Shown here piece by piece: positions 12,476-25,950 of a DNA stretch of 64,000 nt. The first letter of the stretch is position 1. Every line of letters starts with the position of its first letter. The stretch is from Ginglymostoma cirratum. Its lineage: Eukaryota. The DNA lies in assembly GCA_024137785.1 (NCBI GenBank), contig JAHRHZ010000062.1, positions 30,879,816 through 30,943,815 on the forward strand, in the 5' to 3' direction. The notes under the pieces are model-generated. The model saw only the letters and a list, made by a program, of their open reading frames with translations, searched no databases and had not been told where the DNA came from. A program made the position numbers and the translations under genes.

Positions 12476-13916
12476 TGCTTTACAGTACACAATGCTACAT
12501 GCATTTGAGTGAATTATCACAGAAACATTCTTGACTGAACAAATGTTTATTCTTCAAGGTGCTTCCAAGCCAAGCATTTCCCGTCTTTGTTCTTTGCTGC
12601 CAGACGAGCCGAAGAGAAGAGCAAGGGGAGATCAACTTCCATTCATGTACCTCACAGCAAAGCAGTGCGATGGTACTCTCTGATAAATGCTGTTTCTTCA
12701 AACCTCATGTCCAAATGCTGACATAAGAGAATGCCAGACTCAATGGCTCTGCTTTTACATGTGCACCTCCGCCAATCTTTCTATTCCATCTCCCAATCCA
12801 AAGTTCCACGGTGACATACATCAAAATGAGTGTCAAAACATTGAGCTAAAAGACTTCATTTTATATTTAAAATAACAACCATTGAATAAGGAAAAAGACT
12901 GGACAGCATTTTAAATGACTTAAAACAGCAGCTTCTAAGATGGCCAAATGCTTGCATAGCCGCGTCCTTCAAATTCGAAAGCCATTAGAATGGAATCAGC
13001 CCTGTCTAGAAGTACCCACCAGCGACAATCAACTTAGATGAATGTGAATCACCCATCTCCCAAACAATTCACAAAATATCCAAGTGTGACTGGATTTTCT
13101 GAAAAGGCCTGAGGTAACATCTGTGTGTACACCCTGCAGGCACAAATGCTGATTCAAGAAAATTCTGTACATAATGGCACTGCTATCGAGCATGGTACTG
13201 TTTACTCATCAAACTACTTTTGATCATCTGACCAGTCTACTGTATTGCTCTTCCACATTTTGGCATTTTGGAAAAATGGACAAAGCAACAAACAGAATAA
13301 CTGAACTAAAGAAATATATATGGAAAACACAGAAACACATCAAAAAACTTAAAACATATTAAGGTCAACTACTTCTGTGTTATCCATGCACTTCAAGGGT
13401 TCAACATCAATGCTGTCATTTGGAATACATAAAATATACAGTTCAAAAAAAAGTAGATAAATACTCTATCATTTATTTGCTTTAAATTTTTAACTAATCC
13501 CATTAAGATCTATTAACACTTCCACATTCAGCAAGATTCAAGTCTTGCGAGATTGTGATTCCTCATCCTCTCGCTAAATGAATGACCAGAAATTTAAACA
13601 TAAGAGTCAGTGTGGGAAGAGAATGCATTAGCTATTGCTTTCCCTGTAGCATACCACCTTAATTTAATGTCTTCCTGAGTCATTATGCTTTAAGCATCAA
13701 CTTCAGAGGAGTACCATTAAGAGGCGCTGGCCCATTAAGAAGATTGCTAATTAAATGCAAAATTGACTAGTCGCGTACTGTGGACCAGTCCAACAGGAAC
13801 TTCACCAGCAAAAGAAAAATGTTTTCCTCAGTAACCTGAGTTGGATTTAAACAAATGTAAGAATGTGCAAATGTCGACTGTGAATTACATTGGAGTATAA
13901 TAGTCTAATTATGAAA

Positions 13917-14281
13917 CTTAGAATCATAGAATCCCTGTTGTGTGGAAACAGGCCAATCAGCCCAACAAGTCCACACTGACTCTCTGAAGAGCATCCCACC
14001 CATACTCACCCCCCCCTACCGTATCCAGGTAACCATATATTTCCCATGGTTAATCCATCTAGTTTACACACCCCTGGACACTATGGGAAATTTAGCATGG
14101 CCAATCCACCCAATCTGCACATCTTTGGACTGTGGGAGGAAACCAGAGCACGTAGCAGAAACCCACGCAGACACAGGGAGAATGCGCAAACTCCACACAG
14201 ACATTAACCCAGGCTGGAATCGAACCCAGGTCCCTGGCACTGGAAGGCAACAGTGCTAACCACTGAGCCACTGTGCTGCCC
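13917..14281 (-). mobile_element. HE1-type V-SINE, near full length
   Basis: Minus strand: GGGCAGCACAGTGGCTCAGTGGTTAGCAC (A box), GGTTCGATTCC (B box), V domain GTGTGGAGTTTGCGCATTCTCCCTGTGTCTGCGTGGGTTTC, tail GATTCTATGATTCT. Confidence 0.92.
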
Positions 14282-14599
14282 AAGATAGGGTGCATCTATT
14301 TTTGCTTGCCAAATTTACACTTCCGTGTAACATCTAATCTTGGCTACAGGATAGACAGCACCTTCCTGCAACACCACTGTGGCAATTTTGACAGGTCATT
14401 GTTTTCTTTGGTCGGCTATTCTGAATGTTTTAGTCGTATATTCTCGAAGCTTTATTATGACCTTCTGTCAACTTCTAAGCCATCTTTCCAAACCATTTGC
14501 AGCCTTATCAGAGCTACTTAACAAGTAGCTTAATAACATAACAAGTTAAGTTAATTAAGTTCAGTTTCAGCCAAAAGTTTACTTACACTTTACCAAGAG

Positions 14600-14900
14600 G
14601 AACGGTGACGTAGTAGTAATGTTACTGGACCAGCAATACAGACAGGCCCAAGCAACCTAAAATTTAGATGGGTTTATAGGCCCAGGTTAAGTCTAATGGT
14701 GACCACATAGCCATTACCACTTTAAAAAAGGGACTGATTCATTAATGTTGTTTAGGAAATAAGAATTGCTGTCCCCTTACCCAGACACGTAGCAATCTGG
14801 CTAAATCTTTACTGCCCTCTGAAATAGCTTCCAGAGCTACCCAGTTCAAGGGCAATAAATGCCAGTTTTGCCAATGACACCCACATCCTATGCAACAACA
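14600..14900 (+). mobile_element. tRNA-derived SINE, same family as 12170
   Basis: GTAGTAATGTTACTGGACCAGCAAT head and GGGCAATAAATGCCAG...CCCACATCC tail. Confidence 0.7.
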
Positions 14901-15259
14901 ACATTTTAGAGATTAAAACAGAAAAATGAAACTAGCATACTGAAAATATACCAATCAACAGGCTGGTATTACTATATCTTACTTCTTTTCTTTTCTCACA
15001 TACCACACAAGCTTTCCATTTCTTTTGTCCATTGTGCCTGAGTAATAAAGTTTGTGCATAGCCTAACTTCAACGTAAGGAAGTTCTGACTTAAAATATGA
15101 CAAGAAAAGATACTAAAATGGATGGATAGGGATGGCAGGATCAACAGGAGATGGAAAATACAGTGCTAAACGAGGAACTGTTCAAATAAATACTATTGGA
15201 GAATATTATTCATGTGAAGAGATATTTTTTGGGTACCAGGATGGATGCATGTGCATGTG

Positions 15260-15435
15260 AAGCAGTGTGATGCTAACAGCTGAAGTCGCCATGAAAGACT
15301 CTCCTTCTCAACCTCTCTCCCTTCACCTGAGGTGTGGTGGCCCTCAGGTTAAATCACCACCAGTCGTCTCTCTCTCTCTCTCTCTCTCGAAAGAGAGGAC
15401 ATCCTGTGATTTGGTAAGGCTATGATGACTTGACT
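15260..15435 (+). mobile_element. tRNA-derived SINE (second family), partial, with internal (CT)n
   Basis: CCATGAAAGACTCTCCTTCTCAACCTCT...CCTCAGGTTAAATCACCACCAG, shared with the copies at 26720 and 53030. Confidence 0.75.
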
Positions 15436-15524
15436 TGTATATATGCACATGGGCAAAAGAGAGGCAGAGTCTGTGGGGGTGGAAGCAAGCACGTACAAAT
15501 ACAAAAAACAGAGTTAAGGGTTAA

Positions 15525-15700
15525 ATCACTATAGTTCCACCAGACTACAGGGCTGCTTCAACCATGCCTCATGCAAGGGGGAGGTTGAGAAGGAGAGTCC
15601 TTCATGATAACTTCAGCCAGTGTGGGAACTGAACTTACTCTGATGCAATCACTCTGCATTGTAAACCAGCCTTCAAGCTAACTCAACTAACCAACTCCCA
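15525..15700 (-). mobile_element. Same SINE family, opposite orientation
   Basis: GAGGTTGAGAAGGAGAGTCCTTCATG...CACTCTGCATTGTAAACCAGCC is the reverse complement of the 26720 copy. Confidence 0.75.
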
Positions 15701-16492
15701 CTCCCTTCAATTAATGACCATGTTTCTAGTTTCTTCTTTGTCAATTAGGTTGATCACATATTCCCCTTCCTTCTCATAACACGTGTGCAAATTAACGTAT
15801 TTATTATGTGCCAATTTAATTGTTTGTTTTCTCCAACTCAACTTTCATATTTTGTTTACTATCTCAAGAGTACTGGCCTGAACTGATTTTGTCATCCTTC
15901 TCCACTTTAAACTATTTGGCACCAAAATATTCAAAAACAAGGGAATGAAAACGAATACATCATGCTGCAGTAGCTGATGACTCACATTCGAAGCTCGTTC
16001 ACTTCAATCAAAGAGAATACTAGAATGAATTTAAACATGGTTTGCTGCTTACAGTTGACACCAAAACGAAGGGAGTCAACAACACGTTACTATGATCTCA
16101 AGACAAATGTCTTTTTTTCTTGATTGTTCCAATTTAATGCATCTTTTAAGTAAAAAGGTGTGAAAACTAAATTCAGAATTTCACTTTTTTAAAATTCTTC
16201 CTTAAAAATGCCTCAAGGAGGTGAAATGACCTCATATTTGTTTAGCTCAGTATGCATAATCCCAACTAGTTTGACCTGAACAGAGTAATAGCTAAGAACA
16301 CTGTCTCCATCATGGTTTAACACTTACAGAGACACTTTTCATTGAAACTCTTATCTGTGCTAGATCATAACCCCGATGCTTCTTTTTTTAAGCTGGTTAT
16401 GTTCTAACATGTCGTCTATGATAAGCCTTGTGATCTGTCCTCACATACATCCCACTTAAGTTAACTTAATGCGCAGCATTTTATAGTCTTAC

Positions 16493-17445
16493 CTGGTTAT
16501 TGTTACTTTGCTGGCCCAATCCAGTCTGCTGGTCCTGATCATTCACTGCTACTCTTTGAAGATCAAGATGCTGTGTTTCCACTGGCATGTCCCGTTTCTT
16601 TAGAAGATGTTGCTTTGTAATAGAATTCTGTGCCAAATTGATATCCTGGACATGCTGTGCATTCTGGTTAAGTTGCTGTGAGTGGTCTAAGAGATCCTTG
16701 AGGCCCACTGGCATTTGATCTGGTTGACATGTTTGTTTTGAGGCTGTGCTTTGTTGCTTTCTTTCCTCCATACGGGATTTGCCCAATGCTTCTCCCATAG
16801 CTGGTAGGTGAATATTTTGTAGCTGTAGTTGTTGCTTCACAGGATAGGGTGGCAACACTGACTGTTTAGACTGCTTTGAATACTGTATTTGGCAGGGCTG
16901 TTTCTGTGGTTGTGGCTGGTGCACAAATTGCTTTGGTTGCTGCAAGGTCACCATATGCATCGGTTTTATGTTTCTTTGTTGCTGCATGGTATATGCTGGA
17001 TGCAAATTCTGTTGCAGGTGTGATGCTTGTAGGTGTCCTAGTAAAACTGGGCTGTGCTCCACTCCAGTCTGAGATACACGCCACTGTTGCAAAGTTGGTA
17101 TTGGCTGTACTGGCAATGGATGTGAAAAATATTTCTGTTGAGATCGGCTCTGGAGTATGCTACTGTACTGCATCGGGAGCTGATGCTGTAAATGTCCTGA
17201 AATTTGGCCCATATTTCGATGATGCTGCATACAGTTTAATGTCTCATGCTCTTTGTGAAGTGGATGCATGTCTGGACAATGACTGTTACAAACTGAATAT
17301 TGCTGGCCAGGCTTCTGGCACAGAAGAGGAGGCTGTAAACTTGGTCCATGGTTAGCAATTTCACAAGGTAATGGTGATGCTCCTTGATGGAAGGAAGCCT
17401 GGCATTCCTGGCGAGTTGCATTCTCACAATCAAATGACAAACGGC
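16493..17445 (-). CDS. TRIM66: TRIM66 large Q/H/P-rich linker exon (GRLSFDCENATRQ...GQQSNNNQ)
   Basis: tttccccctcag|GC...CAG|gtaaga; 953 nt, phase 1 to 0, open throughout (ORF 16481..17506). Confidence 0.92.
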
Positions 17446-18239
17446 CTGAGGGGGAAAAGACACAAATCTTACAACAAAAATTTTTAAAAAACGAGATAGG
17501 ACCCAAGTCTCTTGATTTTCAAAACCTTCTTCTGTCTACACAGAGCCATGAATTCTTGCTGGAGTACATGGTCATGGGCATTAACAGTTTGTCAACATCT
17601 TAAGCAAATGGTAATCCCTCATATGCAAGTTTGGACAGCAAATTTCCTAGCTTTTCATATAGATGCATAGCTGCCAGAAAGGACTACAATCAGGACAGAC
17701 ATCCATGACATATTTTTCACCTGAAAAGGTCAATTGCATTGAGGCAAATTGTGGCATCCCACTACTCTGAAGAAAAGCAGTTCACTCAGCAAAGGCAAGA
17801 AATTAGAAGTGAATTAACCTAATTCAATATTACATTGAGTAGTACTTCCACCATCTTAAGCCTCACAATAAAACATTTCCACATTATTGAACTCTGTATA
17901 ATCCCATTAAAGGGCTATCGCCACTTACATTACCGAAGGAGTACAAACACTCCATTTTAAATATGCTAACAAATTATGCAGTCTTTGACCTATGGATAAT
18001 AAATTCACATGATTAAAGTTGGGAAAAAAACCTTCCAATTTTATAGCATTGTATTTAAAACTACCTGCTTTCAAACAATGAAGTGATGTCAGGCATTGGT
18101 CCAATAAATGAAAAATGCAAACAAGAAACATCTTATCTTTGACAACGTAAGTTTACAAGCAACAAGCAATTGAATTCAGGCTCATTAGCATGCATTTTTA
18201 AGTCAAACAAGTCCAAAGTAGACTCTTAGAGCTCCACAT

Positions 18240-18600
18240 AAAACAGAGACTGCTGCAGAAATTTAGCAGTATCTTTGAAGAGAGAAAAATAGAGTTGACA
18301 TTTCAAATCCAATGACTCCTTCAGAACTGAAAAGGGCTGGAAATTGATTTTTCTTATGCTGTTCACAAAGAGGGAGGAGGAGTGAGTGGAACAGGTGGTG
18401 AGTTTGCTCCGAGCAAAAGGAGATCTAATAGTTGTACAGGAGAGATTGAGAACAAAAAAGGTGTGAATGATAGGTTTCAATAGGAGAAAACGGATTGGCT
18501 CTGCTGAGAGCAAAGCCAATAAGACACAAATGTAAGTGGAGATGGGGATAAGTGTAATCATAATGCAGGACAGTGTTCATGCTCTAAAGTTAATGGACTA
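18240..18600 (-). mobile_element. Old Penelope-like fragment
   Basis: Terminal-repeat-like GAGTTGACATTTC...CCTTCAGAAC followed by a purine-rich tract, as in the 10156 element. Confidence 0.5.
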
Positions 18601-18649
18601 CTGAATGCAATAAGTCATTTTTTAAAAAATCCCACAATTGTGAATAATA

Positions 18650-20975
18650 TGGATAAGTCAAAATAGCTATAAAAGTTCCATTCCACACTGCAGTGGAAAT
18701 TTAAGGTGATACAAGACAGAATTAGAATGTTTCAACTCTCCATGAATATGAAATATGAAATAGCTACAGAATCAAATAAAGAGACTAAGCAAATTAGAGT
18801 AATGACCCCATTATCAATGCTTGAGCAAGAGAACTACTAGCTGCATTACACTCTAGATCTCACTGAGGAACAGAAATGCCAGATAGCAGAAATTATGAAA
18901 GTTTTGAGGATACACTTTGAACCCTATACTAATGCCAGACAGCAGAAATCATTTATTAAATGGCATAGCTCAAAGAGAGAAGGAGATAAGTGATAAGCAT
19001 GTAACTGCAATTATACATCTCAATGAATCCTGAGAGAGTGTGGATGACTGAAAGATGATCTCAAAAGAGATAGGAAGGTTTTAGGCATAAAAGGATCCTG
19101 CTGTAAGAGCATATCTGCCAATAGCGGTGAAACGTAAAGCCATCAACAAGTGTCTTGGCACCGAAATTGTCAATCATCAGCCGAAGCGTATTAATGGGAG
19201 AACACATGGGACTTTGCATTATACTCAGACAGCTTCTAAGCTGAATGAAAATAATCTTCACGTAATGGAATAAATATTTGCAGAAGTGTCAGTCGAAGGA
19301 TTTGGAAGACAGGATATAAGTATTGTGGAAGATATCTTACAAGAAGTATGTCCAGTATGGGAAAGCAATACTCTGGCTGCAAGAAGCTGAATCGCTTTTC
19401 ACATAGTGTTCAGATAGAAAGAAGCAAAGCAGCCCTATAAAAGATGGCTGCTGGTGAGATGACAGCCAAAAATTCTGACAAATTATTTCACATCCATACA
19501 ATAGGTTGGATTCGACAAGTCAAAAGCTGATAAATAATTTGAAACAGTTCAAGGGATGATTGCAGAATGACAGCATCAAGTGAAGCTGAAATGTTAATGG
19601 ACTTCAGTTCTTCATGTAACATTAGGATTTCTGCAGACCCATGTGAAGTCACTCAAGATGTCACCCAAAAATGAAGTGCTCGAAGGTAAGATTGAGGCTT
19701 TATGATATGCGCTCAACCCAAGAGGTCAAATGCAGCTGAGAGGTCAATGCAATGGAAAGAATAAACAGCTGGAATTCCAGATAGTAATGTTAATGAAAGT
19801 CCATTCATCTCAGCTGAAGCAAGTCGAAAGTAGTAACTTTAGTAAATTTGGTCTTGTAACTTTAAGTGTACCCAGAAGAGATTTGCAATATTTCTATTAA
19901 TGGTACTAAGCCATTGTCTAGTGACCAGATCCTTGAATACTAACCTGTTTTTTAAGGGTCATGGATGAGCTCCTAGTGAATACCATCTCAAAGTGCTTAA
20001 GTGCATGATACTAACTCAGCATTTGCTGAGAACAGATCCAGCTGACCTCAAGTCCAACCCAAATAACAAGATAGAGGAGCTAGAAAAGAAGGGAGCAATC
20101 CAGAAACTAACAACTCTTACATACTGAATAGTAGCACGGTAGCAGTGAAAAACATTGGAGGACATGCATTGATCCAAAGGATCTCAGTAAAATTTTGAGA
20201 GATCTCACTACCTCATGCCAACCCCAATGAAGAAATTTTGCCACAATCTGCCATGGCAAAGGTCTTTACTGCCCTTAATGTAAAGGATGGTAACTGCCAA
20301 GTGAAGCTGGATGAAAGCAGCAGTTTTCTAACTACATGCCGGATGCCATTCAGGGGATTCAGAAGGTTGCATATGCCATTTGGTATTTCCATGGTTCCAG
20401 CGGAGTATCAACACGGATGGCATGCAATAGTCAGTAAGCTTCCTGGAGTGAAAGGAGTTGTGGATGATCTCCTAGTGCATGTATGTGGAGTATGTAGATC
20501 ATGATCAGAATCTACTAAAATGGCTAGAGACAGCTTGCCAGATGAACTGAAGCTGAACAAGAAAAGGATGCCATCGAGGCTGTCTGAAATCAAGCATTAA
20601 ACTCATATACTGAAAGTAAAAGGACTTCACTTGGATCGTGACAAAGCGAGAGCTTGGGCAGAGATGCAATAACCAACAATTGTGAAAGTGGCACAATGAT
20701 TTGTCAAATTCATAAACTTTTTAACAAAGTTCATTGTGAACCCTATGCAAGATCACTGCTAAAGCGTTCTAGTAACTTTGGGCACTCAACAATGAGCAGC
20801 TTTCACTAGAACTAAACAACTAGTGATGACAATGCCCGTGCTGAGGTAGTATAAGGTCCATGAAGAAGTCATCTTGCAGTGTGACACCAGTGAGACAGGA
20901 CTCAGAGTAATCCTGATGCCACAAGGATAACCAGTTGTATTTTCATCCTAGGCATTAATGCAAACTGACAGCTTT
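18650..20975 (+). mobile_element. Decayed Ty3/Gypsy internal region (gag-protease-RT-RNase H)
   Basis: ORF 20238..20504 AKVFT.L..KDG..QVKLDESSSFLTT..MPF..FR.L.MPFGIS...VDDLLV; RNase H LQCD.SETGL at about 20875; many stops. Confidence 0.88.
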
Positions 20976-21515
20976 ATTTACCCTATTTGTTTCCATGGCA
21001 AAAATCTTTCCACATCCTAATAATCTAATCAAATAGTCTACAGTTTGTCATGGATTATCAACTAAGACCGCCGAGAAACCTGTAGGCTAACAAGATGATC
21101 CACAGCAATTTCAGCTTTCCTCTGTCCTTGCAAGGAAAATTGTCTGGTTTCCATTTCGTCCAGTTTCTTTTCCCAACATTTCCATAACCATCTTTAATTA
21201 AGATATATGTTATTTTCAATTTGTTAATTAGTGATTTCCTTCTGTAAGTGCATCATGAAATTAATGCTGGCAGATTATATTATAAATATATGAATTATTG
21301 GAAGATGAACAGAAAGTAAGTCATTTGCGTTGAAATGTATTTTAATACAATGATAATCCTTACCACTATGTACTATACATTGCAAATGTAAGTTGTAACC
21401 TGTTCCTGGATCTTTGACAACCATCAACTCATCATGAAAATTGGTCAGTAAGATCAGTGAAACAACACAGGTATTCAGCCGCCATTGACTAGTACTGTAG
21501 TAAGATCTTTCCTAC

Positions 21516-21630
21516 CTAAAGTAGAAAGCTGTTTAGTCCACATGGTAGAGTCCCAACGAAACTGAATCTTGGAGGGACCCAAATCTACATTGCACTGTGT
21601 TTCTAGCAAACGTCGGACCTGAAACAGGAT
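21516..21630 (-). CDS. TRIM66: TRIM66 exon: TIF1 signature sequence (ILFQVRRLLETQCNVDLGPSKIQFRWDSTMWTKQLSTLG)
   Basis: atttag|ATC...TTAG|gtagga; 115 nt, phase 0 to 1; F.W....WTK....LG motif. Confidence 0.95.
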
Positions 21631-21808
21631 CTAAATAATATAATATTAATATATGGGTATTACATATCAGTAAAATATTCTGTCAATCTGTTATGCCAAA
21701 TACTCTACTTACAATTTTATTGAAAATAATTAACTTGCACTTTTCTTTGATAGAGATTTTACATTGACTTTGCCAGCAATGTTGCATGAGTTGACCATAC
21801 ACACTTAC

Positions 21809-21955
21809 CAGTTCCTTGCTGAATAAGAATGGGATATCATTCTTCTTAGAGACTGCCCAATTGATGAAGTTCAATACATGCTCTAAGTGCTTGCACAAGC
21901 CCATCATTGCTTGAAGTTGGTGCTCCAGTTTGAGCTTTCGTTCATTTGTAATATT
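21809..21955 (-). CDS. TRIM66: TRIM66 exon: coiled coil 3 (NITNERKLKLEHQLQAMMGLCKHLEHVLNFINWAVSKKNDIPFLFSKEL)
   Basis: tcatag|AAT...CTG|gtaagt; 147 nt, phase 0 to 0; overlaps ORF 21683..21907. Confidence 0.96.
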
Positions 21956-23521
21956 CTATGATCAAAAGAATGTAGCATCATTATAATCAAAAACAGTTCT
22001 ATTATACTATGTAAAATAGATTTTTCGCTCATTTCCTAAATGGGATAGAACTAAAACAGAGGAAGAAGGGCAGTTTTTAGTGTGACTGCATTACTTTGGT
22101 TTCTCATCTTGTGAACATTCTCAGCCAATAGATAGCTGCTAACACATATGCAAGGCTAACTTCTCTTATTCCACATTTTCAGTGGGAAACCTGGGGAAAA
22201 AGAATTATAGAATCAGAGATGATGAAAAGTAGCCCTACAGCAAACCGATGTTCTTCGAGTACAGCCACACCCTGGCCCTATCTGTTGAATGGGATATTAT
22301 TGTACAGCCTCACGACCAAAGGGGAATGGTGTTGGTGAATTTGCAGAAGATTCTGTGATGTCAAGCTCCACCTACAAAGGCAACAATCCAAAGGGAGTGA
22401 TCATTTGAACAAAATATTAAAGGCTGGATGGGCCTGAGTGATTTGTGATTTTGAAGCTTATTTCTCAATTATAGCTATTTGGTCAATAAAGTTGCAAAGA
22501 GATGAAACATGACTGAACTCTTATACTCATTGATCACCAAAAGTAGTTTTAGCATTCTAGATAATGTACTGCATTCTGTTCTTCAGAGCAAACATTTTAA
22601 AGGTGAAAGCATGTCCTAGAGTTAAATTTTAGCCCATCAATGGCATTCTGTTTCCACGTCACCTACAGCCCATTCAAGAATTTTCTATTGGAGAAATAGG
22701 GAGAAATTATTTCTCTCACAAGTTTTAATTGTAAAATTAATCCTCTTACATCATAACATTTTTATTCAAATTAGAATTGAAACCAGCAATGAAATACTGC
22801 AGCAAAGGCGCTGCATCTCTTTGATGCACCAACAGACTTCAAGCTTGCAATATTCTAAATGCCTATAATATAAACTTAACTATGCTGTCAGTACAGATAT
22901 AAGGCAAAAAATCCTGTGTTCCCCAACAGATGAAATTTCAGAATTATAAAGTTATCCCACAGCCAATCATGAATACCTGCTTTGTGCATATTTAAAAGAA
23001 ATATTGCCCAATGTGTTGAAGCAGGTTGCCCACCTAGTTACTAATCTGGTTAAGAAATCATCTGCTCCCGTGAGAATTGAAGAACAATACACAAAAAAAC
23101 CACAAAAAAAAACTTTAACAACTCCTCAGGGAGACAACTGGCATCATTTTGTCAATCGTTTTAAAGGTAATAGAAAAGCTGATTTAAACTGTGGCAGCAA
23201 GTCATATTGAAGGCAGGTGATCCATTTAGCTGTGATGAATATGCACTTGACATACATATTGAAAGTTGCTTCTAACAAAAGCAACCATATGTGAAACTAG
23301 AACAAGAAACAAAAACATTTTTTGACATTCACTGTATAGCATTATATTACCTAGCTAATTGGTGTGAAAACACAATACCATCAGAACATCTCTTGAAATT
23401 CTTTTAAAGTAGATTGAAACCCAACAAATATCAATGATTGCAGCCTTATACTTAAGCAGAAATTGGGTTTCTCGGAACAGTTGTAAAGTTAAAGTAGATT
23501 TGGCCCATCAGAAAGCCTCAC

Positions 23522-23636
23522 CTCCAGCTGGTCCATGAGAACATTCACTCGCTTATTTAATTCATTCATCATGATCATCTTTGCCATCTTAATCTGATTT
23601 TCAACCTTCATTCGTATTTGCTTTACTTCATTTAAC
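23522..23636 (-). CDS. TRIM66: TRIM66 exon: coiled coil 2 (LNEVKQIRMKVENQIKMAKMIMMNELNKRVNVLMDQLE)
   Basis: ttgcag|G...GAG|gtgagg; 115 nt, phase 2 to 0; KVENQIKMAKM matches recalled TRIM66. Confidence 0.96.
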
Positions 23637-24559
23637 CTGCAAGACAGACTCATTTTCAGTAACAACTTATTTTAGATATACATATATTTGCACTAATTCG
23701 GTTAAAGTAAATCAATTACAATATTGTCTAAATTCATCAGGGGCCATGGCTCCATCAGAACTCTAATAAAAATACAAATAGATTTTGTGGGAGTGGGGTC
23801 TAGGAGAATTCTTCCCTATTCTATTGATTTTGCATACACATACATCCTCTCCAACTAAGAACAAGCTGAAAACCAGCTCCCAATCCACCAATGTTACTGC
23901 ACCATTGGTAGCTTATACATATCAACAAGTTGAAATGCTTGGTCCAGCGATCCTTCTAATTTATACAGACCTGTGTCACTTTCACTTTGTGCCTCTGTAA
24001 AATGCTACATCAAAGATCAAAAGTTAAACAACTGAGGAATCACAAGTGCGAGACTACCTGTGAATGAAAAAAAAATCTCCAATTTTCTCCATTTCCCATC
24101 CATCTGAAGGTGCTGATTCCCTCACTGAGGTATGGTTCCATGGATAGTGGGCTAGGAACATAGAAACATTGTTGCTTTAAAGAAAGTCTATGAAAAGGAT
24201 TACTCCAGGCTTTATAAGTTCAAATTAACCTAAAGAAGGGAAACGAGGAAGGTCAATAATTGTTTCTAGAAACTTATTTCCTTCTTTGCTACCAATGTGT
24301 AGACAAAGCAGAGGCCAAGAGCTGGCCTTCAATGAATGCAGGGAAAATAATGGGAGGAGTTCCACCTACTAGTCTTGAATACCCACGAAGAGTGAGCAGC
24401 AAACCTGCAGCTATTTCACCTTCTGAGAATCCACTGGACTGAAAAGTGCAAGATCGAATAGAGGGAAGGTAATTGAATAGAATGAAAACAATAGTGTCAG
24501 GACTCTTTCTCTCTTTAAACATCATGAATTTGGACTTGTATATGTTCTAGCACCTTCAG

Positions 24560-25500
24560 CACATGAACTACATAGATGTGGACAGAATATGTAATACAGA
24601 TAAAGGCCATTTATCCCAACCAGTCCACGTGGGTATCTCTGCTCCCCGTGAAACATCCTTCATCCTTGCTCATCCAACTTTATTGGTATAATTCTCTGTT
24701 CCTTTCTCCTAGAGTCATCCATTCCATTAATCACAAAGACTCCATGAGGTTAAGAGTTCTAATTTGTCTACACTCTTCTAATTAAGAAATTTGTTTTGAA
24801 TTTTATATTTGATCTTTTTTGGGAAGATCTTACATTGATTTGTTGTTTCCCAAGTAGAAGGCTTCCTGTTTATGCCATTTAACTTTGAATAATTTTAAAG
24901 AACTCTATTAGATTATCTTCAATCTTCTCATTTCAAACAAAATTATACCCAGCTTGTCATCAAAGATATGATTTGATTTATATTGTCACATGTACTGAGA
25001 TACAGTGAAAAGTATTATACTGCATGTTAACCAGACAAGTCATACATTACATATAAGGTCAACAGAACAGAAAGTAGAATTTAGCATTACAGCTACAGAG
25101 AAGGTGCAGAGAAAAATCAACTCTAACATATGAGATATTGTTTATAAGTCTACTAATTCTATGAGTTCATAAGTCCATTTATTTCTGATGGGTAGACCTT
25201 GCAATCTGGTTCCATTCTAAAGGCTCTTTTGTGCCCTTTTCAGTGCCTCACTATCCTTTTCATAACGTGGTGACCAGAACTGTACAGAGTCATCCAACAA
25301 GGTTCAAACAAGCTTAGCATAACTCCTCTACTTTGCAATTTTATCCTTCTAGAAATGAATGTGAGCACTTGTTTTGTTTTTGTTATGGCATTATTGATTT
25401 GCATCATAACGCATTTTATGTACTTGATATTTGTACTCCTGCATCTGTTTGCTATATACCCTTCTAAATTTTCAAGTATTCTGTAACCTACTTGTTTTTC
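24560..25500 (-). mobile_element. Old CR1 fragment with an inserted LINE 3' tail at about 24965-25160
   Basis: ORF 25240..25527 K...L.FISR.I....R.VML.L; the insert begins GATTTATATTGTCACATGTACTGAGATACAGTGAAAAG. Confidence 0.6.
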
Positions 25501-25904
25501 TGACAAAAATAAACTACAGTGGTTCAAGAAGGCGGTCCACTACCACTTTCTCAGTGTAACACTGAACAGACAACCGTAACACATGTCAGTAACACCCACA
25601 ATCAAGAATGAATACAAAATTATTAGATGAAGAGGAGCAGAGCTTTCTTAGCATCCTGACCATCACTAATTCCTCAACCAATGTTACTAAAAAACAGATC
25701 ATCTCCTCATTTACCATTTGTTGTTCAGATGACTTTTCCACATTTGGGTACCTTGCAACAATGACTGCACTTCAGCCATTAAATATTTTTGGAGCAAGCT
25801 ATAGATGAGGAAGGCACTAAGTAAATGTGCTTTCTTTCAAGCAGTGAAAGGTTTGTGCTGTAGCTCAGTAAATGCCTTATATTTTTGTTTTGAGCATTGT
25901 TTCA

Positions 25905-25950
25905 ATTTTATTATTGAATTATTATTGAATTATTATTAATTATTAATTAT
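25905..25950. repeat. Short AT-rich tandem repeat (TTATTATTGAA)n
   Basis: ttattattgaattattattgaattattattaattattaatt is visible directly. Confidence 0.8.

Noticed and set aside
14200-14281. tRNA genes at the A/B-box sites (also 5805 and 26718)
   Set aside because: These are SINE heads joined to SINE bodies; no full cloverleaf is apparent.
16876-17355. 159-aa plus-strand ORF, and nested minus ORFs 16866..17084 and 17236..17463
   Set aside because: Shadow frames of the Q-rich TRIM66 exon; the A/V/L-rich content follows from CAG/CAA codons on the other strand.
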